Virus record (IMG/VR): IMGVR_UViG_3300048579_000445 | Span: 1 to 49,982 of that record | Source: a virus | Lineage: Duplodnaviria; Caudoviricetes | DNA length: 49,982 nucleotides | Strand: one strand, 5' to 3' | Part shown: positions 36,213 through 45,769 of the stretch, one piece after another | How the letters are laid out: every line of letters starts with the position of its first letter | Position numbering within the stretch: position 1 is the first letter of the stretch | Notes under the pieces: model-generated | The model's database searches: none | What the model saw: only the letters and a program-made list of their open reading frames with translations | Told to the model about the DNA's origin: nothing | Made by a program: the position numbers and the translations under genes

Positions 36213-37774
36213 AGCCCCTCCGCCAGTTCAGCACGGATGTCGTCCATGATCGCGATGATCTCACGCTCGCGGGCGGTGATTGCCTCGACGATCTCAAGAG
36301 GCTGGCGGTGGTCCTCTGCCTCAAGCGCATGGGGGTTCTTGAGGTCGAGGTTACAGGCGATGACGCGGCCATCGGCGTCGCGCTGGATCAGGGACGGCCC
36401 ATCCACCTTCCAGGCGCGGTCGCTCTCTTGCCGGTCCTGCCACCAGTCAAGGCAGGGCGCGAACTCCTCCCAAGCCATGGGAGCGGTCTTGGAGTATTTT
36501 TTGCGCCCCTCAGGGCGGGGCATCTCGTAATACCAGATGTCGCGGGTGGGGCCGGTGGTATCGAAGAAGATCAGGTTGGCCGGGATGTCGGTATAGGGGG
36601 CGAAGACGCCCTCGCAGAGGCGCACGACGGTGTGCAGGTTGAACTGCTGCAACAGGTCAGCCTTGATGCGCGCGCCGATGCCGTCGCCGAACAGCGTGCC
36701 GTGGGGCACGACAACGGCGGCGCGGCCGCGTCCTGCGCGCTTCAGGCGCCGCATGATGAGTTGCAGGAACAGCAGCGCGGTTTCGGCGGTACGCCGGTCC
36801 TCGGGGAAGTTGGTGAGGATCCCGGCCTCTTCCTCGCCGCCGAAGGGCGGGTTGGTGAGGATGACGTTCACGCGCTCGGCCTCGCCGATTTCATTCAGGC
36901 GAAAGCGCAGGGCATTGCCCGGGTCGATCTTGGGCGCGTGCATCCCGTGCAGAAGCAGGTTCAGCTGCGCCAGCAGGAAGGGTAGCGACTTGGCCTCGCC
37001 GCCCATGACGCTGCGGTCTTGCAGGATGCGGCGTTTTTCGACGGTGTCAGCCTGCCGTTCGAGATGCAGGAAGGATTCGGTCAGGAAGCCGGCGGTGCCG
37101 CAGGCCGGGTCGAGGATGGTCTCGCCAAGCTGCGGATCGGTGACAGCAACCATGAAGCGCACGACGGGGCGCGGAGTGTAGAACTCGCCCGAGTCGCCGG
37201 CGGCATCGCGCATTTCGCGCAGCAGGGTCTCGTAAAGGCGGCCGAGGGTGTGAACCTCCTCGGAGGAATCGAAATGGATGCCGTCGATCAGGTTCACCAC
37301 GTCGCGCAGCAAGTAGCCGCTTTCCATGCGGTTGGTGAAACCCTGAAAGACGGTGGCGATCACGTCGCGGCGTTCTCGGCGGCCGTTGTCTCCGCGCAGC
37401 GCGCGCAGATAGGCGAACAGCCCGGCGCCCCTGGTGCCGTCGGGGCGTTCGGCCTTTTCCGCGGTCAGGAAGGCCAGAAGGTCGGGGCCGGTGATGCCGT
37501 CCGCCTGGGCCGCCCAGTCGCGCCAGCGGTAAGGGGCTTCGATGATCGGGCGATAATCCGTGCCGGCCAGTTCGGCGCGTTCCTCCTCGATCCGCTCCAT
37601 GTCGTCGAGGAATTTCAGGAACATGATCCAGGTCAGCATCGGCAGGCGATCGAGATCACCGTTCAGCCCCTTGTCCTTGCGCATGATCTTGCGGGCGGAC
37701 TTGATGATGCTGTCGAGACGCTGGGCGGTGGTCAGTTGCTTGGGCGCAGCCTTCTTGCGGGCGGGTTTGGCCAT
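36209..37774 (-). CDS. hsdM: Type I RM N6-adenine methyltransferase subunit
   Basis: GEFYTPR, ILDPACGTAGFL (motif I), NPPF (motif IV). Confidence 0.95.
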   Translation of the reverse strand: MAKPARKKAAPKQLTTAQRLDSIIKSARKIMRKDKGLNGDLDRLPMLTWIMFLKFLDDMERIEEERAELAGTDYRPIIEAPYRWRDWAAQADGITGPDLLAFLTAEKAERPDGTRGAGLFAYLRALRGDNGRRERRDVIATVFQGFTNRMESGYLLRDVVNLIDGIHFDSSEEVHTLGRLYETLLREMRDAAGDSGEFYTPRPVVRFMVAVTDPQLGETILDPACGTAGFLTESFLHLERQADTVEKRRILQDRSVMGGEAKSLPFLLAQLNLLLHGMHAPKIDPGNALRFRLNEIGEAERVNVILTNPPFGGEEEAGILTNFPEDRRTAETALLFLQLIMRRLKRAGRGRAAVVVPHGTLFGDGIGARIKADLLQQFNLHTVVRLCEGVFAPYTDIPANLIFFDTTGPTRDIWYYEMPRPEGRKKYSKTAPMAWEEFAPCLDWWQDRQESDRAWKVDGPSLIQRDADGRVIACNLDLKNPHALEAEDHRQPLEIVEAITAREREIIAIMDDIRAELAEGL

Positions 37775-37791
37775 TGGGGAAGTCCTTCAAG

Positions 37792-40158
37792 TCAGGCGGT
37801 ATAGAGCAATCGCTGCAGCTCGGTGACGGCGCTGCGAAGCTCCTTTCCCCCGCCGAAGCGTCTGGCGATTTCTATGACGTTGCCCCATTCATTGAAAGGC
37901 GGGACTTCGAGAATATCGGGCAGCTTGAACTGCGCGCTGCCATGTTCGGCGTATTTTTCAAGAACAGCGTCGAGAACCTTGCGGGCATCCGGGCCGAAAC
38001 GGGCTAGGAAGGCGTCCTGTTCGCGCAGCAGGCGGTCGGCTCGCTCGCGCCTTGTGCGCAGGGGGGTGTTGTAGGCCAAATGACACAGGAGGTCGAAAGG
38101 ATCGGCCTCGGGCTTGCCCACGGCCTCGGACAGGGTGTCGAGGTCGATGCCCTTTTCCTCGAGTTGCTCGACGATTTCGGCACGGCGCTCAGGGTCGAGC
38201 CAGTCGGAGCGCAGCTCGGAAGCATTGGGATAGAGGGTGCGGACCTTGTCGCCGGTGTAGTCGGTCAGCTGGCGGCAGGCGAGCTTCTTGCCCTCGGCAT
38301 CGAGTTCATAGACGAGATGACGGACGACAGAGACCTCGCCGCCATCGACATAAAACTTCCGCGGCCCCGGTTCCGGCTCGGGGTCGCCCAGAGGCGCCTC
38401 TGGTCCCTCGGGGATGTCGCCCGGCTCGGGCGCCACATCCTCAGCCTCGTGTTCCTCGATGGTTTCGCCGTCTTCGTTGATGACGGATTCGGCCTCGCGG
38501 ACCGGCTCGCCATCGAAGGCGGGGTCGGCGAACATGCGCGTCGCCGTGCCAGTATAGTCGATGATGTTGAAGGCAAGCTTGCCGTAGTCCGGGCGCAGCC
38601 GGGTGCCGCGGCCGATGATCTGCTTAAACTCGGGCATCGAGCCCACGGTGCGCGCCAGAACCACATTCTTGCAGGTAGGCGCATCGACGCCGGTGGTCAG
38701 CAGCTGCGATGTGGTCAGGATGACCGGGGTGTCGGTCTCCACATCCTGGAACTTGGAGAGGTGACCCCGGCCGATGTCGCCTTCGTCGGCGGTGACGCGG
38801 CAGACATAGTCCGGGTTGTCGCGCACGAGGTCGGCATTCAGTTCCGCCAGCGCCTGACGCATCTCCAGCGCGTGCTCCTGATCCACGCAGAATACGATGG
38901 TCTTGGCCATACGGTCGGTCTCGGCCATGAAGTCGGCGAGATGGCGGGCGATGGCGCGGGTCCGGGCGCGCAAGGCGACGACGCGCTCGAAGTCACGGGT
39001 CTGGTATTCATTGTCGGGGACTTCTCGGCCGTATCGGTCCAACTCGCCCCGGCTTGGCCGCCAGCCTGCGGCGTCATAGTCCGTGATCACCCGATGCACG
39101 CGGTAAGGCGCAAGGAAGCCATCCGCGATCCCCTGCGCCAGGCTGTATTCGTAGAGGGGATCGCCGAAATAGGTGTAGGTATCGACATTCTCCTCGCGCC
39201 GGGGCGTCGCGGTCATGCCGATCTGGGTGGCCGGCTCGAACCATTCGAGGATCTCGCGCCAATTGCTGTCGTCGCGCGCGCTGCCGCGGTGGCATTCATC
39301 CACGATGATCAGGTCGAAGAAGTCGCGGGGATATTCCCGATACAGTCCGGGCCGGTTCTCGTCGCGCGCAATCGACTGGTAGATCGCGAAATACATGTCG
39401 CGGCTCTTGACCGCGATGCCACCGGCGATCTTGTGGCGCGCGTCGCCGAAGGGGCTGAAATCCTTGGCCATCGGATCGTCGACGAGGACATTGCGGTCGG
39501 CCAGGAACAGAACTTTTGGTGTGCGGTTCACGCCCTTGCCGTTCCAGCGCGCCGACCACAGCTTCCAGCTGATCTGGAAGGCGACGGCAGTCTTGCCTGC
39601 CCCGGTGCAGAGCGTGAGCAGGATCCGTTTCCGCCCCTGCAGTACTGCCTGGACGGCACGATTGACCGCGATTTCCTGATAGTACCGCAACGGCTTCGCG
39701 CGATCCGGAAAGCTCGGGGTCAGCAACCGCTCGGCTGTGAGCGGGTCGTTTAGTCCCTCTGCCGCGCGCTGGCGCGCCCACAGCTCATCCGGGCTCGGGA
39801 ACGCGTCCAGCATACGCTCGATACCGGTCGTGTAGTCGAATTCCACAATCTCGGCGCCATTGGTGGCGTAGGCAAATTTGAGCCCAAGAATCTCGGCATA
39901 ATCCTTGGCCTGCTGCAAGCCATCTGCGGCATGGCGGTATCTGGCCTTGGCCTCTACCACGGCAATCGGGAAGTCGGGGTTGTAGCGCAGAACATAGTCC
40001 GCGCGCTTCTGCTTGCCCCTGCGGGCCCGGCCGCCGACGAAGACGATCCGGCCATCGGTGAACGTCCGCTGCTCATTGATGGCATGCGGCCGGTCGTCCC
40101 AGCCTGCTTCCTGCAGCTTCGGGACGACAAGTTTGCGGCAGGTATCGGCCTCGTTCAC
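37792..40158 (-). CDS. hsdR: Type I restriction subunit R (EcoAI/EcoEI-like)
   Basis: ADYVL..VVEAK nuclease motif, LRYYQ, CTGAGKT, DECHRG, QIIGRGTRL; GTG start. Confidence 0.95.
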   Translation of the reverse strand: MNEADTCRKLVVPKLQEAGWDDRPHAINEQRTFTDGRIVFVGGRARRGKQKRADYVLRYNPDFPIAVVEAKARYRHAADGLQQAKDYAEILGLKFAYATNGAEIVEFDYTTGIERMLDAFPSPDELWARQRAAEGLNDPLTAERLLTPSFPDRAKPLRYYQEIAVNRAVQAVLQGRKRILLTLCTGAGKTAVAFQISWKLWSARWNGKGVNRTPKVLFLADRNVLVDDPMAKDFSPFGDARHKIAGGIAVKSRDMYFAIYQSIARDENRPGLYREYPRDFFDLIIVDECHRGSARDDSNWREILEWFEPATQIGMTATPRREENVDTYTYFGDPLYEYSLAQGIADGFLAPYRVHRVITDYDAAGWRPSRGELDRYGREVPDNEYQTRDFERVVALRARTRAIARHLADFMAETDRMAKTIVFCVDQEHALEMRQALAELNADLVRDNPDYVCRVTADEGDIGRGHLSKFQDVETDTPVILTTSQLLTTGVDAPTCKNVVLARTVGSMPEFKQIIGRGTRLRPDYGKLAFNIIDYTGTATRMFADPAFDGEPVREAESVINEDGETIEEHEAEDVAPEPGDIPEGPEAPLGDPEPEPGPRKFYVDGGEVSVVRHLVYELDAEGKKLACRQLTDYTGDKVRTLYPNASELRSDWLDPERRAEIVEQLEEKGIDLDTLSEAVGKPEADPFDLLCHLAYNTPLRTRRERADRLLREQDAFLARFGPDARKVLDAVLEKYAEHGSAQFKLPDILEVPPFNEWGNVIEIARRFGGGKELRSAVTELQRLLYTA

Positions 40159-40178
40159 CGGTGCACCCCGAAACCCAC

Positions 40179-41894
40179 CTATGCCGATTCAGCCACAAGG
40201 GGCTGGCCAGTGGTGGCGGAGGCGGCCGGAGAGGCCAACGACCAGACCCTTACGGCGCGGCCGACAAGGTCGATCTGGCGCGAGGCCAGCTGATCCTTCG
40301 TCCATTCGTCTGCCGCTAGGATTGGCTTGGTGGTGTCGAACGAGACCTTGTCGTTCTTTCTGGAGAAAACTTCCTTCTTGCGATCGAACGAATAGAACTT
40401 TGCCTTGTAATTCTTGATCCCGGCCAGCAGCGCCAAATTGCCAAGGCGATGCAGCCAAAGGCGATGATCGTCATCGGTGAAACGTTCGCGCCAGTAATCA
40501 TCCTTCAGCGCCTGCGGCAGGACGTGCTCGATGGTGATCTTGCCGCCGAAATCCTTGGTGACCGATTCATCCTGGTCCGCCTCCTCGAGGCGCAGCAGAA
40601 CCGCCTGAGCGAAGGGCCGACCATAGACCTCCCCGTCAATCAGCGAGCGGAACTCGTCATCGTTCGCGTTGCTGAGGAAAATTGCCCGGATGTCGTCGGC
40701 CGACTTGCCGGCCCGGATTGCCGTTATCAGCTGGAAATACACAGTAAGGCGCGCGGTGAACGCAAGGCGCCTGATCCAGTTCTGATAGGTGATCCGCTCG
40801 AGCAGGTCGATGAACTCATCCTCGGTCAAGGCAGGCGCCGGGTTCTCGTTCGCGATCAGCGCAGGCTCCGGCCGGTTGAGAAAGGCAAGCAGCGGCGGAA
40901 TCCATTCCTCGAATGCCACGCGCTGCAATGACCTGACGGCGCGGCGTGCGGCGGGTGTCTCGAAATCATTTCGCAGGATGCGCAGGTAGTTCCGGGCAGA
41001 GGTGTTCAGCTCCCCGAGAAGCGAGAACGGGCTCACTGCGGCTTCGACCAGCGGCTCGAATTCCTCGTGGAGCGCCCTGCGGGCCTTGGTGGCGACGATG
41101 GAACTGCGGTGATGCGCCATGAACTGATCCAGGCGCTCGATCCCGATCTGCTCTTCCAGCTCAAGCCACGCCTCGTCCAGCTCGCCGCTTCGTGTCGAAT
41201 TGCCGCCGAGGCGGGCGAAAAGCATGTTCTTGATCAGGTCGGCGTTCGACAACGCCATGCCGCGTGCGTTCAACACGTTAAAGAGACGATACGCAGATTG
41301 CCAGGATGCTGTGGTCACGAAGACCACATAGACCTTGCTGAGCAGGAAATTGGCAAAGAGCTTCAGCGTCTTCTGGTCGTGCTGACCGATGAAGGCGTCG
41401 ATGGCTTCGAGGTTTTCGACAATCCGCTGCTTTGGCGCATCCTGGTCCTTGACGATCTCCTTGCGGATCGCATCTGGGATGGCCTGGCCGGCAAGAACAT
41501 GACGACGGAAGAAGCTCTGGTCGCGTTGGCGCAACGTCAGGCGCGGAGTTTCTTCCTCGCCGGTATAGGGATTTTTTGGCAGTACGCGCTTTCCAAGATC
41601 TGCCCTGACCTCTGGATCCTCGATGTGGTCCCGAAGCCGTGCGAGGATCAGGTTCAGTGTCGTCAGTCGCTGTTGGCCATCCACCACGTCATAAAGTCGG
41701 CCCTTTTCGCGCTCGATGGTGATGAGCGACCCAATGAAATACTCTTCATCCTGGGCTTCGTAGGCTTCCCAGATATCGTCGAGCAATTGCTCGACGTTAC
41801 CCTTCTCCCATGAATATGGGCGTTGGTACGCGGGAATTTCGTAACGAATCTGTTCGGTCAAAATCTGGCTGATCGTGCGCTCGGCCGCTTCCAT
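40179..41894 (-). CDS. DUF262 + DUF1524 (GmrSD/SspE-like) nuclease
   Basis: IPAYQRPYSW, VDGQQRLTT, FNVLNARG; C-terminal HNH-like TIEHVLPQ...LGNLALL...N. Confidence 0.9.
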   Translation of the reverse strand: MEAAERTISQILTEQIRYEIPAYQRPYSWEKGNVEQLLDDIWEAYEAQDEEYFIGSLITIEREKGRLYDVVDGQQRLTTLNLILARLRDHIEDPEVRADLGKRVLPKNPYTGEEETPRLTLRQRDQSFFRRHVLAGQAIPDAIRKEIVKDQDAPKQRIVENLEAIDAFIGQHDQKTLKLFANFLLSKVYVVFVTTASWQSAYRLFNVLNARGMALSNADLIKNMLFARLGGNSTRSGELDEAWLELEEQIGIERLDQFMAHHRSSIVATKARRALHEEFEPLVEAAVSPFSLLGELNTSARNYLRILRNDFETPAARRAVRSLQRVAFEEWIPPLLAFLNRPEPALIANENPAPALTEDEFIDLLERITYQNWIRRLAFTARLTVYFQLITAIRAGKSADDIRAIFLSNANDDEFRSLIDGEVYGRPFAQAVLLRLEEADQDESVTKDFGGKITIEHVLPQALKDDYWRERFTDDDHRLWLHRLGNLALLAGIKNYKAKFYSFDRKKEVFSRKNDKVSFDTTKPILAADEWTKDQLASRQIDLVGRAVRVWSLASPAASATTGQPLVAESA

Positions 41895-41974
41895 TGTCGC
41901 TCTCTACTATCGGACGGCGGCGACCTTGCCGAGCGCCCCGATATCGAGCTGACATTGCCGCCTTTTACTGCGGC

Positions 41975-42004
41975 AGACTAAGCCGCGAACTTCACCTGAC
42001 GCAA
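41975..42004 (-). promoter_or_regulatory. Possible sigma70 promoter for the defence operon
   Basis: Minus strand TTGCGT-N18-TAGTCT about 80 nt upstream of the DUF262 start. Confidence 0.3.
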
Positions 42005-42015
42005 GCCGGATGGCG

Positions 42016-42405
42016 CTATGTCCTTGCAAATGCCAGAGTCTGATCCGCCCACTCTGCCGGGAACGGTTCCATCAGCCGGGCGAGCGTCACCTCCAGCCCC
42101 TGCCGCCCATCGAGGATCGCCACGACAAGGTCGGGGGCGAGCAGCGTCATCCTGAGCAAGCGGGTCAGATAGGAAACCGTGATCCCCTCGCGCGCGGCCA
42201 ACTCGGCGATGGTGGCGAACTCGCCCGACTCCAGCATCCGCTTCCAGCGAAACGCGCGGGCCAGCGCCTTGACGAGGGCGCTGTCGGGCCGGCGCTGGGT
42301 GGGCGCGCCCTCGGGCAGCTGCATCTCCTTGCGCCCGCCGCGCTTCACGATGTGGAACGGGACGTGGATGGTGACGGTGTCGGGGATCTGCATGGCGCGG
42401 GTCAT
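42016..42405 (-). CDS. Small HTH-like protein downstream of the recombinase
   Basis: LVKALARAFRWKRMLESGEFATIAELAAREGITVSYLTRLLR; ATGA overlap with the recombinase stop. Confidence 0.8.
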   Translation of the reverse strand: MTRAMQIPDTVTIHVPFHIVKRGGRKEMQLPEGAPTQRRPDSALVKALARAFRWKRMLESGEFATIAELAAREGITVSYLTRLLRMTLLAPDLVVAILDGRQGLEVTLARLMEPFPAEWADQTLAFART

Positions 42406-43724
42406 GCTGCTGCTCCAAGGTCGGTGGTGATTTCGCGTGCCAACGCCGCCAGCCCGTCCATGCGCAGCCGGACGTTCAGCCCGGCGGCGCCGATGTCCAC
42501 CCGCTCGACCAGCAGGGTCACGATGCGCGCCTGTTCGCCGGGGAAAAGCTCATCCCACAGCGGGTCCAGCCGGGTCAGCGCCTCGCGGGCGTCCGTCTCG
42601 GTGATCTCGCCGTCCTGCGCGCGCGCCGCTCTCCACGTCCCCGCGACGATCTCGGGCTGGCGGAACACGGCCCGAAGCTGGTCGATGACGGCGGCCTCGA
42701 TCTCACCCGCGGGAACGCGGCCGATGGGACAAGACCCGGCGCCATGTTTCAGCACCGTCTGGCTGACATAGTAGCGATAGAGCCTGCCGCCCTTGCGGGT
42801 ATGGGTTGGCGAGAAGGCCGCGCCGTCGGGGCCGTAGAGCAGCCCTTTCAGCAGCGCGGGCGTGTCGGCGCGGGTTCTGGCGGCGCGCTTGCGCGGGCTT
42901 TCCGTCAGGATGGCGTGAACGCGGTCCCATGTGCTGCGGTCAATGATCGCGTCATGCTCGCCGGGGTAGCTCTCACCCTTGTGCACCGCCTCGCCGATAT
43001 AGGTGCGGTTCGAGAGAAGCCGGTAGAGGTATTTCTTGTCGATCCGGTTGCCGCGCGGCGTGCGGATGCCGCGCGTGCCCACCTCTCGCGCCAGTTCCGT
43101 GCAGGAGCCGATTTCGAGGAACCGGGCGAAGATCCAGCGCACATGCGTGGCGGCGGCTTCTTCGACCAGCAGCTTCCGGTTCTCGACGCGGTAGCCGTAG
43201 GGCGGTACGCCACCCATCCACATCCCCTTCTTCCGGCTGGCGGCGACCTTGTCGCGAATGCGTTCCGCCGTCACCTCCCGCTCGAACTGAGCGAAGCTGA
43301 GCAGGATGTTCAGCGTCAGCCGTCCCATGGATGTCGTGGTGTTGAACGATTGCGTGACCGAAACGAAGGTCACGCCGTTCCGGTCGAACACCTCGACAAG
43401 CTTGGCGAAGTCGGCGAGTGATCGCGACAGGCGGTCGATCTTGTAGACCACCACCACGTCGACCAGCCCGTCTTCGATGTCTGCCATGAGCCGCTGCAGG
43501 CCAGGGCGTTCCAGCGTGCCGCCAGAGATGCCGCCGTCGTCGTACTGATCGCGGACCAGCACCCAGCCCTCGGACCGCTGGCTGGCGATGAATGCCTCGC
43601 AGGCTTCGCGCTGGGCATGAAGGCTGTTGAACTCCTGCTCCAGCCCTTCCTCGGAGGATTTCCGGGTGTAGACGGCGCAGCGAAGCTTGCGGACGATCTT
43701 CGATTTTTCCGGCGGCTTCGTCAT
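42402..43724 (-). CDS. Large serine recombinase (integrase)
   Basis: CAVYTRKS catalytic Ser, DDGGISGG, YKIDRLSRS, FAQFERE, GGVPPYGY, recombinase-domain YIG..HDAII. Confidence 0.95.
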   Translation of the reverse strand: MTKPPEKSKIVRKLRCAVYTRKSSEEGLEQEFNSLHAQREACEAFIASQRSEGWVLVRDQYDDGGISGGTLERPGLQRLMADIEDGLVDVVVVYKIDRLSRSLADFAKLVEVFDRNGVTFVSVTQSFNTTTSMGRLTLNILLSFAQFEREVTAERIRDKVAASRKKGMWMGGVPPYGYRVENRKLLVEEAAATHVRWIFARFLEIGSCTELAREVGTRGIRTPRGNRIDKKYLYRLLSNRTYIGEAVHKGESYPGEHDAIIDRSTWDRVHAILTESPRKRAARTRADTPALLKGLLYGPDGAAFSPTHTRKGGRLYRYYVSQTVLKHGAGSCPIGRVPAGEIEAAVIDQLRAVFRQPEIVAGTWRAARAQDGEITETDAREALTRLDPLWDELFPGEQARIVTLLVERVDIGAAGLNVRLRMDGLAALAREITTDLGAAA

Positions 43725-44176
43725 GTCCGTCCCCTGTGGTTCTTGAGGCCGAAGAAGACCCAGCCATTCCATCTGGTGCCGGTGATGCCGCGCGCGATGG
43801 CAGACAGCGACTTGTAGGGCCGCCCCTGCCACTCGAAGCCGTCTGCGGTGACGGTCACGACGTACTCGACGCCCTGCCATTCGCGCAGCAGCCGTGTACC
43901 AGTGACGGGACGGTCGCGGTCGAGGCGCATTCCGCGCTTCTTCTTGTCCCCGCCATCCAGTTCCTCGCCAAGCCGTTCCAGCCGGCGGACGGTCTCGGGC
44001 TTCAGCCCTCCATAGGCGAGTTCCTGGATGCGGTAGGCCAGGCGGGACTCGAGGTAGCGCCGATTGAAGGGCGGCGGCTGGCTGTCGAACAACTCGCGCC
44101 ACTGCTTCTTCAGGTCGGGCGTCGGCGTGGTCTTGAGCGCGGCGATGCGCGCGGGGATGGGGTCGTGCGTCGTCAT
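43721..44176 (-). CDS. DUF2924-family protein
   Basis: LAYRIQELAYGGL, GTRLLREWQG, YKSLSAIARGITGTRWNGWVFFGL; coupled to the recombinase. Confidence 0.9.
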   Translation of the reverse strand: MTTHDPIPARIAALKTTPTPDLKKQWRELFDSQPPPFNRRYLESRLAYRIQELAYGGLKPETVRRLERLGEELDGGDKKKRGMRLDRDRPVTGTRLLREWQGVEYVVTVTADGFEWQGRPYKSLSAIARGITGTRWNGWVFFGLKNHRGRT

Positions 44177-44397
44177 GCGGTCTCCGTTGGGTTCCGGGTT
44201 GCATGACGGCATCGGACAGCCGGATAGTGTAGGTGAATTTCTCTTGTTTCGTCAGAAGGTTCGCCCCGACCGCGCTGCAGCAGCCTGACCAGCCCGAGCG
44301 CCAGCAGGCCGCACAGCTCAGCGCGGCGCTCGGCGGGCGTCATCACCGTAGGAGCGAGTGGGTTGGGGCGACGAGTGGGACCGGGATCGAACATCAT
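44173..44397 (-). CDS. Small hypothetical protein heading the recombinase operon
   Basis: MTPAERRAELCGLLALGLVRL; ATGA overlap with the DUF2924 gene; start uncertain. Confidence 0.65.
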   Translation of the reverse strand: MMFDPGPTRRPNPLAPTVMTPAERRAELCGLLALGLVRLLQRGRGEPSDETREIHLHYPAVRCRHATRNPTETA

Positions 44398-44460
44398 GAT
44401 CCATCGGTGCATGATTGCGCAGATGACCGCGACCTCGGAACGGGTCAGCCCGTGCCCGCC

Positions 44461-44494
44461 CCGAAAGGGTGAACCCTTTCGGTGTTGCAACACC
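44461..44494. repeat. Two abutting palindromes in the divergent promoter region
   Basis: CCGAAAGGGT-GA-ACCCTTTCGG (44461-44482) and perfect GGTGTTGCAACACC (44481-44494). Confidence 0.8.
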
Positions 44495-44563
44495 TTGGTG
44501 GGTTGAGGGGTCAGGGCGTTCCCATTATGTTCGAACTGTCCCCAATCGATTCACGAGGCCCCC

Positions 44564-45277
44564 ATGTCGCTGCAATCGCTCGACCGTACCCAATGGAGTT
44601 TTGCAGAGGCGCTGGCCCATGTGCAGAACGTGACGATCGCGCGGCGCGCGGTGGAAGCGGCAAGTTTGCCGCCCAGACCGGTGCCGGAATACCAGACCTG
44701 GAACCGGCCGCAGGACCCGACGATCGCGTGGAAGGCGGAGGCGGAGACCGAGTTGCTCGTCGCGTTGCGAGACGGGGATCTTCTGGCGCAGGGGCGATAC
44801 ACGGAGGAGCGGACCCATGGCTGGGGCAACGGCGGCAGCAGCAGCGGTTTCGGCCTGCATTCGGGCTACCACACCAGCATCCGCCCGGAGCAGTGGCGCG
44901 AGGGCAAGTATTCGTTCGGGCGGCTGACCGCGCGGGATTGGGAATTCATCGACATCCGCGTGGCGCGTTTCCTCGTGAAGGCGATCTGGCCAGATTACAT
45001 CCCGGAGCCGGCGCGACCCGCGCAAGGCGCGGCAGATGCAATATACACCACGCCCTATCTCGATCTGATGCAGGCCGCGATTGCACATTTCGGGATTTCG
45101 CAGGGGAACCAGGGCAAGAAGGAATGCCTGATGGACTGGTTTCTCGAGCAGCAGATCGAGGGCGAACCGGTTTCCAACAAGCTTGCCGACGCCATGGCCA
45201 CGCTGATACGGCTGCCGTCGGCACAGCGCGGTGGGGCGAAGCGGGTGCTGGGCCCCGATCTGCGGCACACCGGATAG
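44564..45277 (+). CDS. Hypothetical protein, probable DNA-binding regulator
   Basis: 237 aa with GAGG RBS, divergent from the recombinase operon, helical C-terminal domain YTTPYLDLM...NKLADAMATLIR; function inferred from position. Confidence 0.65.
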   Translation: MSLQSLDRTQWSFAEALAHVQNVTIARRAVEAASLPPRPVPEYQTWNRPQDPTIAWKAEAETELLVALRDGDLLAQGRYTEERTHGWGNGGSSSGFGLHSGYHTSIRPEQWREGKYSFGRLTARDWEFIDIRVARFLVKAIWPDYIPEPARPAQGAADAIYTTPYLDLMQAAIAHFGISQGNQGKKECLMDWFLEQQIEGEPVSNKLADAMATLIRLPSAQRGGAKRVLGPDLRHTG

Positions 45278-45553
45278 GTGCGGCCAGGGAGGCTTCAAAC
45301 GCGTTGGCGAGGACAACGCGATTTTGACGGTGGCTGCTTCGGGCTCGTCCTGTTGTACAGGCCCTCGATGCGCACGCTGCAAATGCGCCACCCCCCGACT
45401 TTGGCCGTCCCGATGAAGGGCTGAACCGTTCACCCCGTTCGCGCGGATGAGGGGTCACCCGACCAATTTGGGACGAGGGCCGGAGGCGCTCCCGACCGGC
45501 CGCAGGACCGGTCGGGCTTCACCCATGATATGACTTGATTTCAATGATTTGCC

Positions 45554-45572
45554 GAAAGGGGTCACCCCTTTC
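45554..45572. promoter_or_regulatory. Palindromic operator-like site upstream of the replication gene
   Basis: GAAAGGGGT-C-ACCCCTTTC, close relative of the palindrome at 44461-44482. Confidence 0.6.
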
Positions 45573-45769
45573 CGCGGACGCGTCGCGTGGCCGGGCGGAC
45601 CGGTTCCGACGTCGCGAGGTCTGCCCGAAGGGCGGCAGAACCGGGGGCAACAACGCCCTCAGCCCCGGTTCCAGACACCCGTGCCTTCCTGCGTCCGCCA
45701 CCCCCTGTGCATCGCTGCCGCGGCCTTCCTGCCGACCGGCGCGCGCGGGCGCGTCCTGCGGGTACGGCG

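Noticed and set aside
42402-44204. 600-aa version of the recombinase from the ORF track
   Set aside because: The extra N-terminal 160 aa is an alternate-frame read through the DUF2924 gene; the real start is most likely ATG 43724 (ATGA overlap)
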